A stretch of DNA of 64,000 nucleotides from Candidatus Bathyarchaeota archaeon (GTDB taxonomy: Archaea; Thermoproteota; Bathyarchaeia; TCS64). The translations under genes and the position numbers were made by a program. The notes under the pieces are model-generated. The model searched no databases, was not told the DNA's origin, and was given only the letters and a program-made list of their open reading frames with translations. This document shows positions 44,834 to 53,705 of the stretch, in pieces (the stretch's first letter is position 1; every line of letters begins with the position of its first letter). Location of the stretch: NCBI GenBank assembly GCA_043826455.1, contig JBDRQD010000015.1:233353-297352 (forward strand). Reading direction: 5' to 3'.

Positions 44834-45202
44834 TCAGCTGTCATGGTGCTCCGCGTGGAGGCAACCCTGGGTGAGCTCCTGCAGCTCGCCGCGGATGAAA
44901 GCCTCCACGTTCTCCAAGCTTCTTGGACTGGTTCCCTGCAGTACAGCTATGTCAAAGTCCTGAAACATCTGGATGGCCTTTATACCCATCCCCGAGGAGA
45001 CCACAACCTCTCCTCCGAGGCTCCTGATCTTCTCGGGCGGACTACCCGTACCCCCGAAGTGTTCACTGTCGTTGGGCACAACGCCGCTTTCCATGACCTG
45101 ACCGGACTCCACGACATACCACGCGAAATAAGGCGCACGCCCAAAGTGGGCTGAAAGGGTTTCACCTGTTCTATCTGCGACTGGTATCACTATCTTAACC
45201 AT
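44834..45202 (-). CDS. NifB/NifX family protein
   Basis: HFGRAPYF, GMGIKA, C-terminal CLHAEHH. Confidence 0.9.
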   Translation of the reverse strand: MVKIVIPVADRTGETLSAHFGRAPYFAWYVVESGQVMESGVVPNDSEHFGGTGSPPEKIRSLGGEVVVSSGMGIKAIQMFQDFDIAVLQGTSPRSLENVEAFIRGELQELTQGCLHAEHHDS

Positions 45203-45208
45203 GTTTCT

Positions 45209-45625
45209 TCACTCCATGCCTCTTCGTTTACCTTGGCCCATGCCTCCGCCCTTGCCTCGGCCTCCTTGGCCGAAGTGGCCACCAACCGTCGGAGATGATG
45301 CTTCTCTCAGCTCTCCACGTTTGAACGCCTCTACAGTCTGGCGTACCGTTCCTGAAGCCCCAATGTATGTCTTTACACCTGCCTGACTCAAAGCCATGTG
45401 TGCGTTGGGGCCTACGTGGCCAGTTAGGACGGCTTTGACGCCTGCGCCTGCCACCGCCTGGGACGCGCCGATGCCTGCGCCGTGGGCTGCCCCGATGCTG
45501 CTGTTAGGCATAGCCTCGGCCTGCATGGTCTCGGTGTCTACGACGATGAAGGTGCTGCACCTTCCGAACCTCGGGTCCACCTGTGAGTCTAACTCGTTCC
45601 CTGTTGAACTTACCGCTACTTTCAA
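45209..45625 (-). CDS. NifB/NifX family protein (orange-protein-like)
   Basis: VDPRFGRC, HGAGI, TGHVGPNA, Gly-rich tail. Confidence 0.92.
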   Translation of the reverse strand: MKVAVSSTGNELDSQVDPRFGRCSTFIVVDTETMQAEAMPNSSIGAAHGAGIGASQAVAGAGVKAVLTGHVGPNAHMALSQAGVKTYIGASGTVRQTVEAFKRGELREASSPTVGGHFGQGGRGKGGGMGQGKRRGME

Positions 45626-46461
45626 TCTTCTTTCACCTTTTTCTCGATCTTTTGCACGATCTTCCTGAACGCCTTGGCTGCCGGGGAGTCGGGGTGCCTG
45701 ACTATGAAGGGTGTTCCCTCGTCGCTGTCAGTTGATATCCGGGGGTCCATGGGTATGCTTCCCAGGAGCTCTACCTCCATCTCCTCCGCCACTCTTGCGC
45801 CCCCGTCTCCGCCGAAGACCTCCACGAGCTCCCCGCAGTGGGGGCACACCATGCCGCTCATGTTCTCCACCAGCCCGAAGATGGGTACCTCCATCTTCCG
45901 GGCGAAGGTGATGGCCTTCTTGACCACGGACTGGCTCACCTCGCTTGGGATGGTGACTATTACCACGCCGTCCATGTCGGGGAGAAGCTGCAGTATGCTG
46001 AGGCTCTCGTCACCCGTGCCTGGTGGCAGGTCCACTAAAAGATAGTCTAGGTTGCCCCAGTTCACCTCTCCCAGGAACTGGCGGATCGCACTCATCTTCA
46101 AGGGACCCCTCCAGATGACCGGGGAGTCGTCGCTGGGGAGCAGGAAATCCATGGACACCACCTTGATGCCCATGGGCCCCGTGGCGGGCCCTATTCCTGC
46201 GGGCCCCCCCTCCAATTTGCTGCCTTTGAGCCCCAGCATCTTCGGGACGCATGGTCCTGTAAGGTCGGAGTCAAGTATAGCCACCTTTTTCTCTCCGGCT
46301 AATGCCGCCGCCAGGTTCACAGTGACTAGGCTCTTACCTACACCGCCTTTTCCGCTTATTACGGCTATCTTGTGTTTAACTCTGCTCATCCGCTGCTTGA
46401 TGATCTCATCATCCTTGTTCTTCTTCTCCCACGGGTTTGTGGTATCCATTTTCGTGGCCAA
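45622..46461 (-). CDS. mrp: Mrp/NBP35/ApbC Fe-S carrier ATPase
   Basis: SGKGGVGKS, VIWRGP, DLPPGTGD, ENMS..CPHC. Confidence 0.95.
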   Translation of the reverse strand: MATKMDTTNPWEKKNKDDEIIKQRMSRVKHKIAVISGKGGVGKSLVTVNLAAALAGEKKVAILDSDLTGPCVPKMLGLKGSKLEGGPAGIGPATGPMGIKVVSMDFLLPSDDSPVIWRGPLKMSAIRQFLGEVNWGNLDYLLVDLPPGTGDESLSILQLLPDMDGVVIVTIPSEVSQSVVKKAITFARKMEVPIFGLVENMSGMVCPHCGELVEVFGGDGGARVAEEMEVELLGSIPMDPRISTDSDEGTPFIVRHPDSPAAKAFRKIVQKIEKKVKED

Positions 46462-46471
46462 GACACGTCAC

Positions 46472-46567
46472 TTTAGGCTAGCTTAAATCGTATTTTCTTA
46501 TCGCCACCAATAATAAATCTATCCCTAATCAGCGCACCAATTCGCAACATATTTAGGCATGCCTAAC
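46472..46567. promoter_or_regulatory. Two TTAGG-N4-CCTAA (DtxR/SirR-type) boxes in a divergent promoter region
   Basis: TTAGGCTAGCTTAA 46473-86 (1 mismatch) and perfect palindrome TTAGGCATGCCTAA 46553-66. Confidence 0.6.
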
Positions 46568-46575
46568 ACCCTCAT

Positions 46576-47052
46576 ATGATCCCATTGGTCAAAATAGGTA
46601 TAATAATCTGTGACCGTAACCGCACATGCACTGGAAACAAGTGCTTCAAGTCGATCATTGAGCGCGACGGCGCCTTCGCAAAATACCCGAAGGATGAGCC
46701 CATCGAGGTGGTGGGCTGGATGGCCTGCGGGGGATGCCCAGGGGAGCGCTTGGAATACGCGCCGGCTGACATGAAGAAGTATGGGGCCGAGGAGATATAC
46801 CTGGCCAGCTGTTACATGGCCGGGTACCCAGTGTGCCCCTACATCGAGGACCATAAGAACTACATCGAGACGGTTGTGGGGCTGCCTGTGAAGGTGGGGA
46901 CCCACCCCATGCCGGCTAACTACATCAAGGCTCACACCAAGATAGGGGACTGGAAGCGGGACGCCGCCGACAAGTGGATGGGCCCTATCACAGGTGATAA
47001 GGCTGACGCGGACAAGTACGACTCAACCAACCCCAACTTCCTAAAAAAGTGA
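46576..47052 (+). CDS. CGGC domain protein
   Basis: KIGIIICDR...CTGNKC, ACGGCPG, CPY, VGTH. Confidence 0.9.
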   Translation: MIPLVKIGIIICDRNRTCTGNKCFKSIIERDGAFAKYPKDEPIEVVGWMACGGCPGERLEYAPADMKKYGAEEIYLASCYMAGYPVCPYIEDHKNYIETVVGLPVKVGTHPMPANYIKAHTKIGDWKRDAADKWMGPITGDKADADKYDSTNPNFLKK

Positions 47053-47087
47053 GGCCCTCTCCGAATCTCTTTAACGACGCCCCTTTT

Positions 47088-48821
47088 CTACATGAGCTCC
47101 AGGAGCTTCACCATCATGTCCGTCTCGGTGACCACGCCCAGCAGCCTCATCTTATCCTTACTATCCACCACCCAGACGCATGTGTTGTCCCCCTCCATGA
47201 GCAGGTGGAGGGCGTCCTCTATGCTGTCCTCCTCCGTCAGCACCTCGGGGTGATCCAGGGGAAGCAGCCCTATCTCAAGCCTCTGCTTCTCCTCGGGGAA
47301 GGTGAGAAGGGTCTCCAGGTTGGTCTGGCCGATGATCTTGTTCCGCCTGATAACAGGGTACTCCCTGTTCCTGCAGCCCTGCACGGCCTCCAGGGCCTCC
47401 TTGATTCTCATGTTCTCCCTCAGGACCACGGGGTCAGGGATCATGACGTCCCTGATCTTAATCTCCCTGAACCGTTCCCAGTTCTCCCCCTTCTTGAGCA
47501 GGTGGTAGAGGACGTGGACGGCCTCCTCCTGCTCGCTGAACTCGTCAACGGGCTGCACGTGCTCGTAGAAGCTGATGTCCCTGCTGATGAAATAGCTGGT
47601 GGCCGCCGCTACAAGCGTGAAAATGATGCTGCTGGGCCCCGCCGTCTCTGCCACGAAGGCGACGCTGGTGAGGAGGGTCTTGTTGGCCGCTGCGATTATA
47701 GACGCCATGGCCGCGGCGATGACCACCTCCTCGCCGGGAATAGGGAAGAATCTGATGTAGAGGGCCCCCAGGGCCGCCCCTATGAAGAGGCTGGGGACGA
47801 AGACGCCACCGCTGCCGCCGCTGTTCAGGGTCACGCTGGTGAGAAGCATCTTAAAGATAATCAAGGCCAGCAGCAGCCACACAGACCAGCCGTGGCTCTC
47901 CCCCACCACGATGGCGTGGACTGTCTCGTACCCGACGCCCATGATCTGGGGCAGAAACAGGCCCACAGTCCCCACCATGGCGCCCCCCAGCACAGGGATG
48001 AGGATGGGGTGAACATGGATGCCCTCCTTCACCCTCTTTACCGCCTCGAAGGTCTTCACGAAGAGGGCCCCGAACACAGCCGTCACTATGCCGATGCCGA
48101 AGGCGTGGAGAAGCATCCAGGGTGTAGGCAGCTCAAACACGGGTATCAGCGGCAGAATGCTCTCAGTACCTAGGAAGTTTACGGCCACCAAGTATGCCGA
48201 GATGCTGGCCAGGGTCGCCGGTATGAAGGCCCTCCTGGACAGGTCCCTCTTGTAGGGTATCTCCAAGGCGAACATGATGCCCGTCAGAGGGGCCTTGAAG
48301 ATGGCCGCCACCCCCGCCGCGGCGCCACTGATGAGGAACGTCTGTATCTGGCCCGGCTCCAGGTCCAGCCTCTGAGCTATTAGAGAGCCTATGCCGCCGC
48401 CCAGCAGGAGGCTGGGGCCCTCGAAGCCTGCGCTGCCCCCCAGGCCGATGGTGATGGAGGAGGCCAGGGGCTCGAAGAGGGTGTCCCGGGCCGTCATGAT
48501 GCCCCCCTCATAGTGGTAGGCCTCCAGGAGCCTGTGGCTGCCTCCGCCGCTCTGCTTGGTGGTGGCGTACCTGGTCACCACCACGTAGGCCACGGTGATG
48601 CCCACAACTGGAAGAATGACGGTGAAGACAACGCTGGTGTGGATGAGGGCCTCGAACAGCAGGTGCGAGTACTGGTAGAACTCGTGGACCACCACCGTGG
48701 AGAGCCCTATCACCAGGCCCATGGCTATGCTCACGGTGGCTAGCCTGATATAGTCGTTGAGGAGGCCGGGTGAAAGATACTCCTCAGCAACGTCTCTAAG
48801 CCTGGCCACGTGCCTCAACAT
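47088..48821 (-). CDS. ClC family chloride channel/transporter with CBS pair
   Basis: GGSAGFEGP, AIFKAPLTG, GGSGGVFVPSLFIG; two C-terminal CBS domains. Confidence 0.93.
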   Translation of the reverse strand: MLRHVARLRDVAEEYLSPGLLNDYIRLATVSIAMGLVIGLSTVVVHEFYQYSHLLFEALIHTSVVFTVILPVVGITVAYVVVTRYATTKQSGGGSHRLLEAYHYEGGIMTARDTLFEPLASSITIGLGGSAGFEGPSLLLGGGIGSLIAQRLDLEPGQIQTFLISGAAAGVAAIFKAPLTGIMFALEIPYKRDLSRRAFIPATLASISAYLVAVNFLGTESILPLIPVFELPTPWMLLHAFGIGIVTAVFGALFVKTFEAVKRVKEGIHVHPILIPVLGGAMVGTVGLFLPQIMGVGYETVHAIVVGESHGWSVWLLLALIIFKMLLTSVTLNSGGSGGVFVPSLFIGAALGALYIRFFPIPGEEVVIAAAMASIIAAANKTLLTSVAFVAETAGPSSIIFTLVAAATSYFISRDISFYEHVQPVDEFSEQEEAVHVLYHLLKKGENWERFREIKIRDVMIPDPVVLRENMRIKEALEAVQGCRNREYPVIRRNKIIGQTNLETLLTFPEEKQRLEIGLLPLDHPEVLTEEDSIEDALHLLMEGDNTCVWVVDSKDKMRLLGVVTETDMMVKLLELM

Positions 48822-48909
48822 AAACCGCCAAATATACGAGGTATTGAATAACCTTTTTCCCTCAGCCTAGCCTAAAATCACAACATTTTAGACCAACAAA
48901 CACACCGAT

Positions 48910-49464
48910 TTGACGGGTAACCTTTTGCGTCCCACAGAGAGCCTCGAAAAGCTGGCATCAGGGCTAAGGGCTGGCCCAGACGAAGAAGCCCACGCAGCAG
49001 TAGCTATACTGGTTAAGCCCAACGACGACGACCTGGAGCTCTTCCTGGTGAAGAGGGCCGAGGCGACCGGGGACCCCTGGAGCGGCGACATGGCCTTCCC
49101 CGGGGGCAAAAAGATGCCTGAGGACCGGGGCCTCGTGGACACCGTCGCCAGGGAGGTGCTGGAGGAGACAGGGATAGACCTGCGGGGCGCAGCAGCCATG
49201 GGGTACATGGAGCCACTGTTCAGCTCCGTCCGCAAGACCCTCAGAGTGCAGCCCATAATCTACAGTTTCCAGGAGAAGCCCGAGGTCCACCTGAACTATG
49301 AGCTCACCAGGTACATGTGGGCGCCCCTCAACGCCTTAAGGAAGTCCCGGTGCCAGACAGTGATCAAGGGCTGGGAGGGCCCCGTCTTCCGGATAGACGG
49401 CGAGGTGGTGTGGGGCCTCACCTACAGGATGCTTGAGATGATACTGGAGATGCTGGAGGACTAG
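48910..49464 (+). CDS. Nudix hydrolase (CoA pyrophosphatase-like)
   Basis: PWSGDMAFPGG; REVLEETG; VWGLTYR. Confidence 0.9.
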   Translation: MTGNLLRPTESLEKLASGLRAGPDEEAHAAVAILVKPNDDDLELFLVKRAEATGDPWSGDMAFPGGKKMPEDRGLVDTVAREVLEETGIDLRGAAAMGYMEPLFSSVRKTLRVQPIIYSFQEKPEVHLNYELTRYMWAPLNALRKSRCQTVIKGWEGPVFRIDGEVVWGLTYRMLEMILEMLED

Positions 49465-50330
49465 AGGAGCCTCCTAAGGGCCTCAGCCACCTGGCTGGGC
49501 AGCTCACCCACCTCAACGCCCGCATTCCTCAGAGCGCTCATCTTGCTGTCGGCCGTGCCGCTGCTACCCTGGATGATGGCGCCTGCGTGGCCCATCCTCT
49601 TACCGGGGACCGCTGCTCGTCCCGCAATGTATGCCGCGACGGGCTTGGTGAAGCCGCCCTCCTCTATGAACCTGGCCGCCCTCTCCTCTGCGTCGCCCCC
49701 GATCTCACCGATCAGGGCCACGGCCTCCGTCCCCGAGTCCTCCTCAAACCACTTCAGTACCTCTATGTAGTCAAGGCCCACCACGGGGTCCCCGCCCAGC
49801 CCCACGCAGGTGCTCTGGCCCAGGCCGACGCGGGTTATGTGGGCGGCTATCTCATAGAACAGGGTGCCGCTGCGGCTGATGATGCCAACGCCGCCTTTCT
49901 TGAAGACCTGGGCCGGCATGATGCCCATCTTGCTCTCACCCGCCTTGATGAGACCCGGCGAGTTGGGGCCGACGATGGTGGTGCCCTTGAGCCCAGCCTT
50001 GGCCACCAGCTCTATGCTGTCCCTGACGGGAATGCCCTCCGTTATGACCACCACGGGGTCAAGGCCGGCCTCCACGGCCTCCAGGGCCGCGTCCAAGGCG
50101 TAGGGGGCGGGCACGAATACGATGCTGGCGTCGATCTCGTGCTCCTCCTGGGCCTCGGTGACGGTGTCGTAGACGGGGACGCCCTCGCAGACCTGGCCGC
50201 CTCTGCCCGGGACGCTGCCGGCCACCACCTTGGTGCCGTACTCCTTCATGAGGCGGGCGTGGAACTGGCCCTGGCCGCCCGTCAGGCCCTGAACGATGAC
50301 CCGGGTGTCCTTGTCGATGAACCTGACCAT
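49461..50330 (-). CDS. sucD: Succinyl-CoA synthetase alpha subunit
   Basis: VQGLTG, ITEGIP, GPNSPG, SRSGTL, RMGHAGA (phospho-His). Confidence 0.96.
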   Translation of the reverse strand: MVRFIDKDTRVIVQGLTGGQGQFHARLMKEYGTKVVAGSVPGRGGQVCEGVPVYDTVTEAQEEHEIDASIVFVPAPYALDAALEAVEAGLDPVVVITEGIPVRDSIELVAKAGLKGTTIVGPNSPGLIKAGESKMGIMPAQVFKKGGVGIISRSGTLFYEIAAHITRVGLGQSTCVGLGGDPVVGLDYIEVLKWFEEDSGTEAVALIGEIGGDAEERAARFIEEGGFTKPVAAYIAGRAAVPGKRMGHAGAIIQGSSGTADSKMSALRNAGVEVGELPSQVAEALRRLL

Positions 50331-50331
50331 C

Positions 50332-51474
50332 TCAGGCGCCTCCTGCCAGCCTCACGGCCATGTCAGCCGCCTCCTCCATGGTGTCCAGGGTCTCTATGCC
50401 TGCTTCCCTGAGGATGGCCTTGCCCTCCGCCTCCTTGGTGCCCATCATGCGGACCACTATGGGCTTAGAGACGCCCAGCTCCTTCCTGGCCGCGATTATG
50501 CCCTCCGCGGTGTGGTCGCACCGGGTTATGCCGCCCAGAACGTTCACGAACAGCGCCCTCGTCCGCTGGTCGTCTAGGACGAACTTCACGGCCCTCCCGA
50601 TGCGCTCAGGGGTGGCTCCGCCGCCCAGGTCCAGGAAGTTGGCCGCCTTGCCGCCGTGAAGCATCACCGTGTCCAGGGTTGCCATGGTGAGGCCTGCTCC
50701 GTTGCCTATGACGCCTATGTCGCCGTCCAGCTCCACGTAGGCCAGGTCCATGGCTCGTGCCTCCATCTCCCGCTCCGTCAGCTCCCCCTGGTAGCTGTGG
50801 AGGAGCTTCTCCTCCAGCTCCTTGTGCCTGTAGAGGGCGTTGTTGTCCACGTTGAGCCTGGCGTCTGCCGCGATGAACCCGTCCTCCACCTCGGCCAGGG
50901 GGTTAATCTCCGTCAGCTCCGCGTCCATCTCCAAAGCCAGGGCGTAGAGCTTGTAGACGAAGACCGCGAAGGCGCGCATCTTCCTGTCGCCGTATCCGAG
51001 ACGCTTGGCCATCAGGTTACAGTGGTAGCTCCGGAGGCCCAGCACGGGGTCAACCCTGTGGCGCACTATTCTTTCAGGGGTCCTGGCGGCCACTTCCTCT
51101 ATGTCCATGCCGCCCTCCCCTGAGGCCAGGATGACGTAGCACCTGTTGCCGCGGTCCACCGTGACCCCCAGGTACACCTCGTTTACGATCCTGATCTTCT
51201 CCTCCACGTAGAGCTTCTCCACTGTGAGGCCCTTGATGCTCATGCCCAGAAGCTGAGATGCGGCCAGCTCTGCCTCAGCCGGGGTGTCGGCGAACTTCAC
51301 GCCTCCAGCCTTTCCTCTACCGCCTACGGGTAGCTGGACCTTGATTACGGCGGGCCGCCCCAGCTCCTTGACGGCGTCCGCCGCCGCCTTGGGGGTGGTC
51401 ACCATCCGGCCCCAGGGCGTGGGGATGCCGTACTTCTTGAAATATTCCTTTGCTTCGTACTCCAATAGCTTCAA
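50332..51474 (-). CDS. sucC: Succinyl-CoA synthetase beta subunit
   Basis: Start at TTG 51474 (MKLLEYEAK); GGRGKAGGV, EINPL, GNGAGLTMATLD, NFLDLGGG, GGITRCD. Confidence 0.96.
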   Translation of the reverse strand: MKLLEYEAKEYFKKYGIPTPWGRMVTTPKAAADAVKELGRPAVIKVQLPVGGRGKAGGVKFADTPAEAELAASQLLGMSIKGLTVEKLYVEEKIRIVNEVYLGVTVDRGNRCYVILASGEGGMDIEEVAARTPERIVRHRVDPVLGLRSYHCNLMAKRLGYGDRKMRAFAVFVYKLYALALEMDAELTEINPLAEVEDGFIAADARLNVDNNALYRHKELEEKLLHSYQGELTEREMEARAMDLAYVELDGDIGVIGNGAGLTMATLDTVMLHGGKAANFLDLGGGATPERIGRAVKFVLDDQRTRALFVNVLGGITRCDHTAEGIIAARKELGVSKPIVVRMMGTKEAEGKAILREAGIETLDTMEEAADMAVRLAGGA

Positions 51475-51641
51475 AGCATATTCGCCTAACTGAAAAGAGG
51501 CGCCTGCTAATATTGGTTCTGGGCGGAGGCTGGGGCCCGGGGATAGGGATGCGCGGGCCGCAGCTCCAGTCAAGTCGCATGTCCGAGGATGCACCGCTGG
51601 TAGGTTTATACACGCAGCGTCTGAGTATGGGTCTGATCCGG

Positions 51642-52178
51642 ATGAGGTACAGCACCAGACAGCTCTCAATGATCATGGTATTCAGCGCCCTGGGCGCCGT
51701 CCTCAGCGTACCCATCGGGCACATAGGCAACTACATGAAGACGATCCCCGCGTTGCCGTTGGGCACAGGCCAGGCCCTGTCGGGGCTCCACCTAGTGACG
51801 GTGGTGCTAGCCGCCCTATTGATCCGGAGAACAGGGACGGCCACCATGACCGCCACGGTGAAGGGCCTAGTAGAGGCAGCCCTGTTCAGCTTCCACGGCC
51901 TCCCGGTGATCCTTATCAGCGGGGCCCAGGGATTGATAGTCGATGCCGCGCTGCACGTGTCCGGGTACGAGTCCCCATTGCTGCTCAGCCTGGGGTGTGG
52001 GCTGGCAGCGGTCAGCAACGTGGCCTTTCAGCAGTTCGTCCTCCTCATGCCTTTCCCGCCGGAGGTCTTCGCCTTCATGTATGGGGTCGCCTTCCTGTCT
52101 GGGGCGCTCGGCGGAGCGCTGACGGGGAGACTTTACCTGATGGTGGAGACCAGAATCCCCGTGGCTAAAGGCTTGTGA
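51642..52178 (+). CDS. Solitary ECF transporter S-component-like membrane protein
   Basis: About 5-6 TM in about 180 aa; RRTGTAT..A..KGLVE, QGLIVD pattern; TTTATA at 51605. Confidence 0.65.
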   Translation: MRYSTRQLSMIMVFSALGAVLSVPIGHIGNYMKTIPALPLGTGQALSGLHLVTVVLAALLIRRTGTATMTATVKGLVEAALFSFHGLPVILISGAQGLIVDAALHVSGYESPLLLSLGCGLAAVSNVAFQQFVLLMPFPPEVFAFMYGVAFLSGALGGALTGRLYLMVETRIPVAKGL

Positions 52179-52239
52179 AGGGCTCGTTTTTAGGGCCGTA
52201 ATGTCTTATATCTGCTTCTACTATTTTTTCATGATAACC

Positions 52240-53538
52240 ATGGACAAGGCAGAGCTCAAAGCAAAGGCCCTGGCCGAGATAGATGCAAGGGTGGACGAGA
52301 TAATCGAGTACGCCACAGCTATCTGGAAGCACCCTGAGCTGGGCTTCAAGGAGTTCAAGACCGCGGAGCTCACCGAGAAGAAATACAAGAAGATGGGCTG
52401 GCGGTATAAGAGCAAGATAGCCATCACGGGCAGCAAGGCGTACCTCAAGGGAGACGGCTCAAAGCCGAGCGTAGGCATAGTAGGGGAGCTGGACTCCCTC
52501 CACATACCCGCTCACCCTGAGAGCCACCCTGAGACCGGGAACGTCCACGCCTGCGGCCACCACAGCCAGATGGCCGCCATGCTGGGAGCCGGCCTCGGCC
52601 TCGACGCGGTGAAGAAGCACCTGACCGGAGAGGTTGTCATGGTGGCCGTCCCAGCCGAGGAGTACATAGAGATCGATTACAGGAACAGGCTCCGGGAGGA
52701 GGGCAAGCTAGAGTTCTTCGGAGGCAAACAGGAGTTCATACGCCTCGGCGAGATGGACGACATTAACATCTGCATCGGCAGCCACAGCGCCTTCGACCAG
52801 ACTGAGCTCATCGGCGTCGGGGGCACCAACAACGGGTTCATAGGCAAACTCGTCCACTACATCGGCAAGGAGGCCCACGCCGGGGGCTCACCCCACGAGG
52901 GCATCAACGCCCTGAACGCGGCCATGATGGGCCTCATGGGAATCCACGCCAACAGGGAGACCTTCAAGGACGAGGACACCATCCGTGTCCACCCCATAAT
53001 AACCAAGGGCGGCGAGATAGTGAACAACGTCCCCGCCGACGTCAGGATGGAGAGCTACGTCCGGGGCAAGACCGTGGAGGCCATCATAGACGCCAACAGG
53101 AAAGTGAACAAGGCCCTCCGGGCGGGGGCCATGGCAGTGGGCGCCGAGGTGGATATACACGACCACCCAGGCTATATGCCCTACACCAGGAACTCGAACC
53201 TGGAGAAGGTCGTGGTCGCATCCTGCACGGAGCTGGTGGGCGCCAAGGAGATCAAGCACCGGGAGCACAGCACCGGCAGCACCGACATGGGGGACTACAG
53301 CTGCATAATGCCCACCACCAGCGTGGGGATGGCAGGCACCGAGGGCTCCGGCCACAGCAGACACATGAAGGTTACCGACCCCGTGAAGCAGTACATCTGG
53401 CCCGCTAAAGCCATAGCCGTCGCGGTCATCGACCTACTCAGCGATGACGCCAAGGCCGCAAAGAAGGTCATCAAAGGATTCAAGCCTACTATAAAAAGGG
53501 AAGAGTACACCGAGTTCATGAAGAAGCTCGTCCAGTGA
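52240..53538 (+). CDS. M20 family amidohydrolase (Acy1-like)
   Basis: HPELGFKEFKT, ELD, HACGH, PAEE, GSTDMGD; ATG 52240 preferred. Confidence 0.93.
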   Translation: MDKAELKAKALAEIDARVDEIIEYATAIWKHPELGFKEFKTAELTEKKYKKMGWRYKSKIAITGSKAYLKGDGSKPSVGIVGELDSLHIPAHPESHPETGNVHACGHHSQMAAMLGAGLGLDAVKKHLTGEVVMVAVPAEEYIEIDYRNRLREEGKLEFFGGKQEFIRLGEMDDINICIGSHSAFDQTELIGVGGTNNGFIGKLVHYIGKEAHAGGSPHEGINALNAAMMGLMGIHANRETFKDEDTIRVHPIITKGGEIVNNVPADVRMESYVRGKTVEAIIDANRKVNKALRAGAMAVGAEVDIHDHPGYMPYTRNSNLEKVVVASCTELVGAKEIKHREHSTGSTDMGDYSCIMPTTSVGMAGTEGSGHSRHMKVTDPVKQYIWPAKAIAVAVIDLLSDDAKAAKKVIKGFKPTIKREEYTEFMKKLVQ

Positions 53539-53705
53539 GACACCTATACGTATCAAAACCTTTTTCTCACTTACACACCAGTTAACTGATCTCTATCAAA
53601 AAACTGGTTGAACATATGGATCACAAAAAAGGAATGTTTAAAATCATGCTCCCTTGAAACCACACAGAACCATGACCAGGGTTCCGGGAACGCGAAGAGA
53701 ACACC

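Noticed and set aside
42009..46461. Nitrogen fixation cluster
   Set aside because: Only stand-alone NifB/NifX-domain proteins; no nifH/D/K or radical-SAM NifB in the window.
51620..51655. TPP riboswitch-like words (CTGAG...CTGATCCGGAT)
   Set aside because: The downstream TAAT...GCGNAGG core and the supporting stems are missing, and the words overlap the probable start codon.
51475..51669. N-terminal extensions of sucC (to 51669) and of the ECF gene (from 51450) in the ORF track
   Set aside because: SucC homology begins at TTG 51474 (MKLLEYEAK); the extensions overlap each other across a divergent promoter region.
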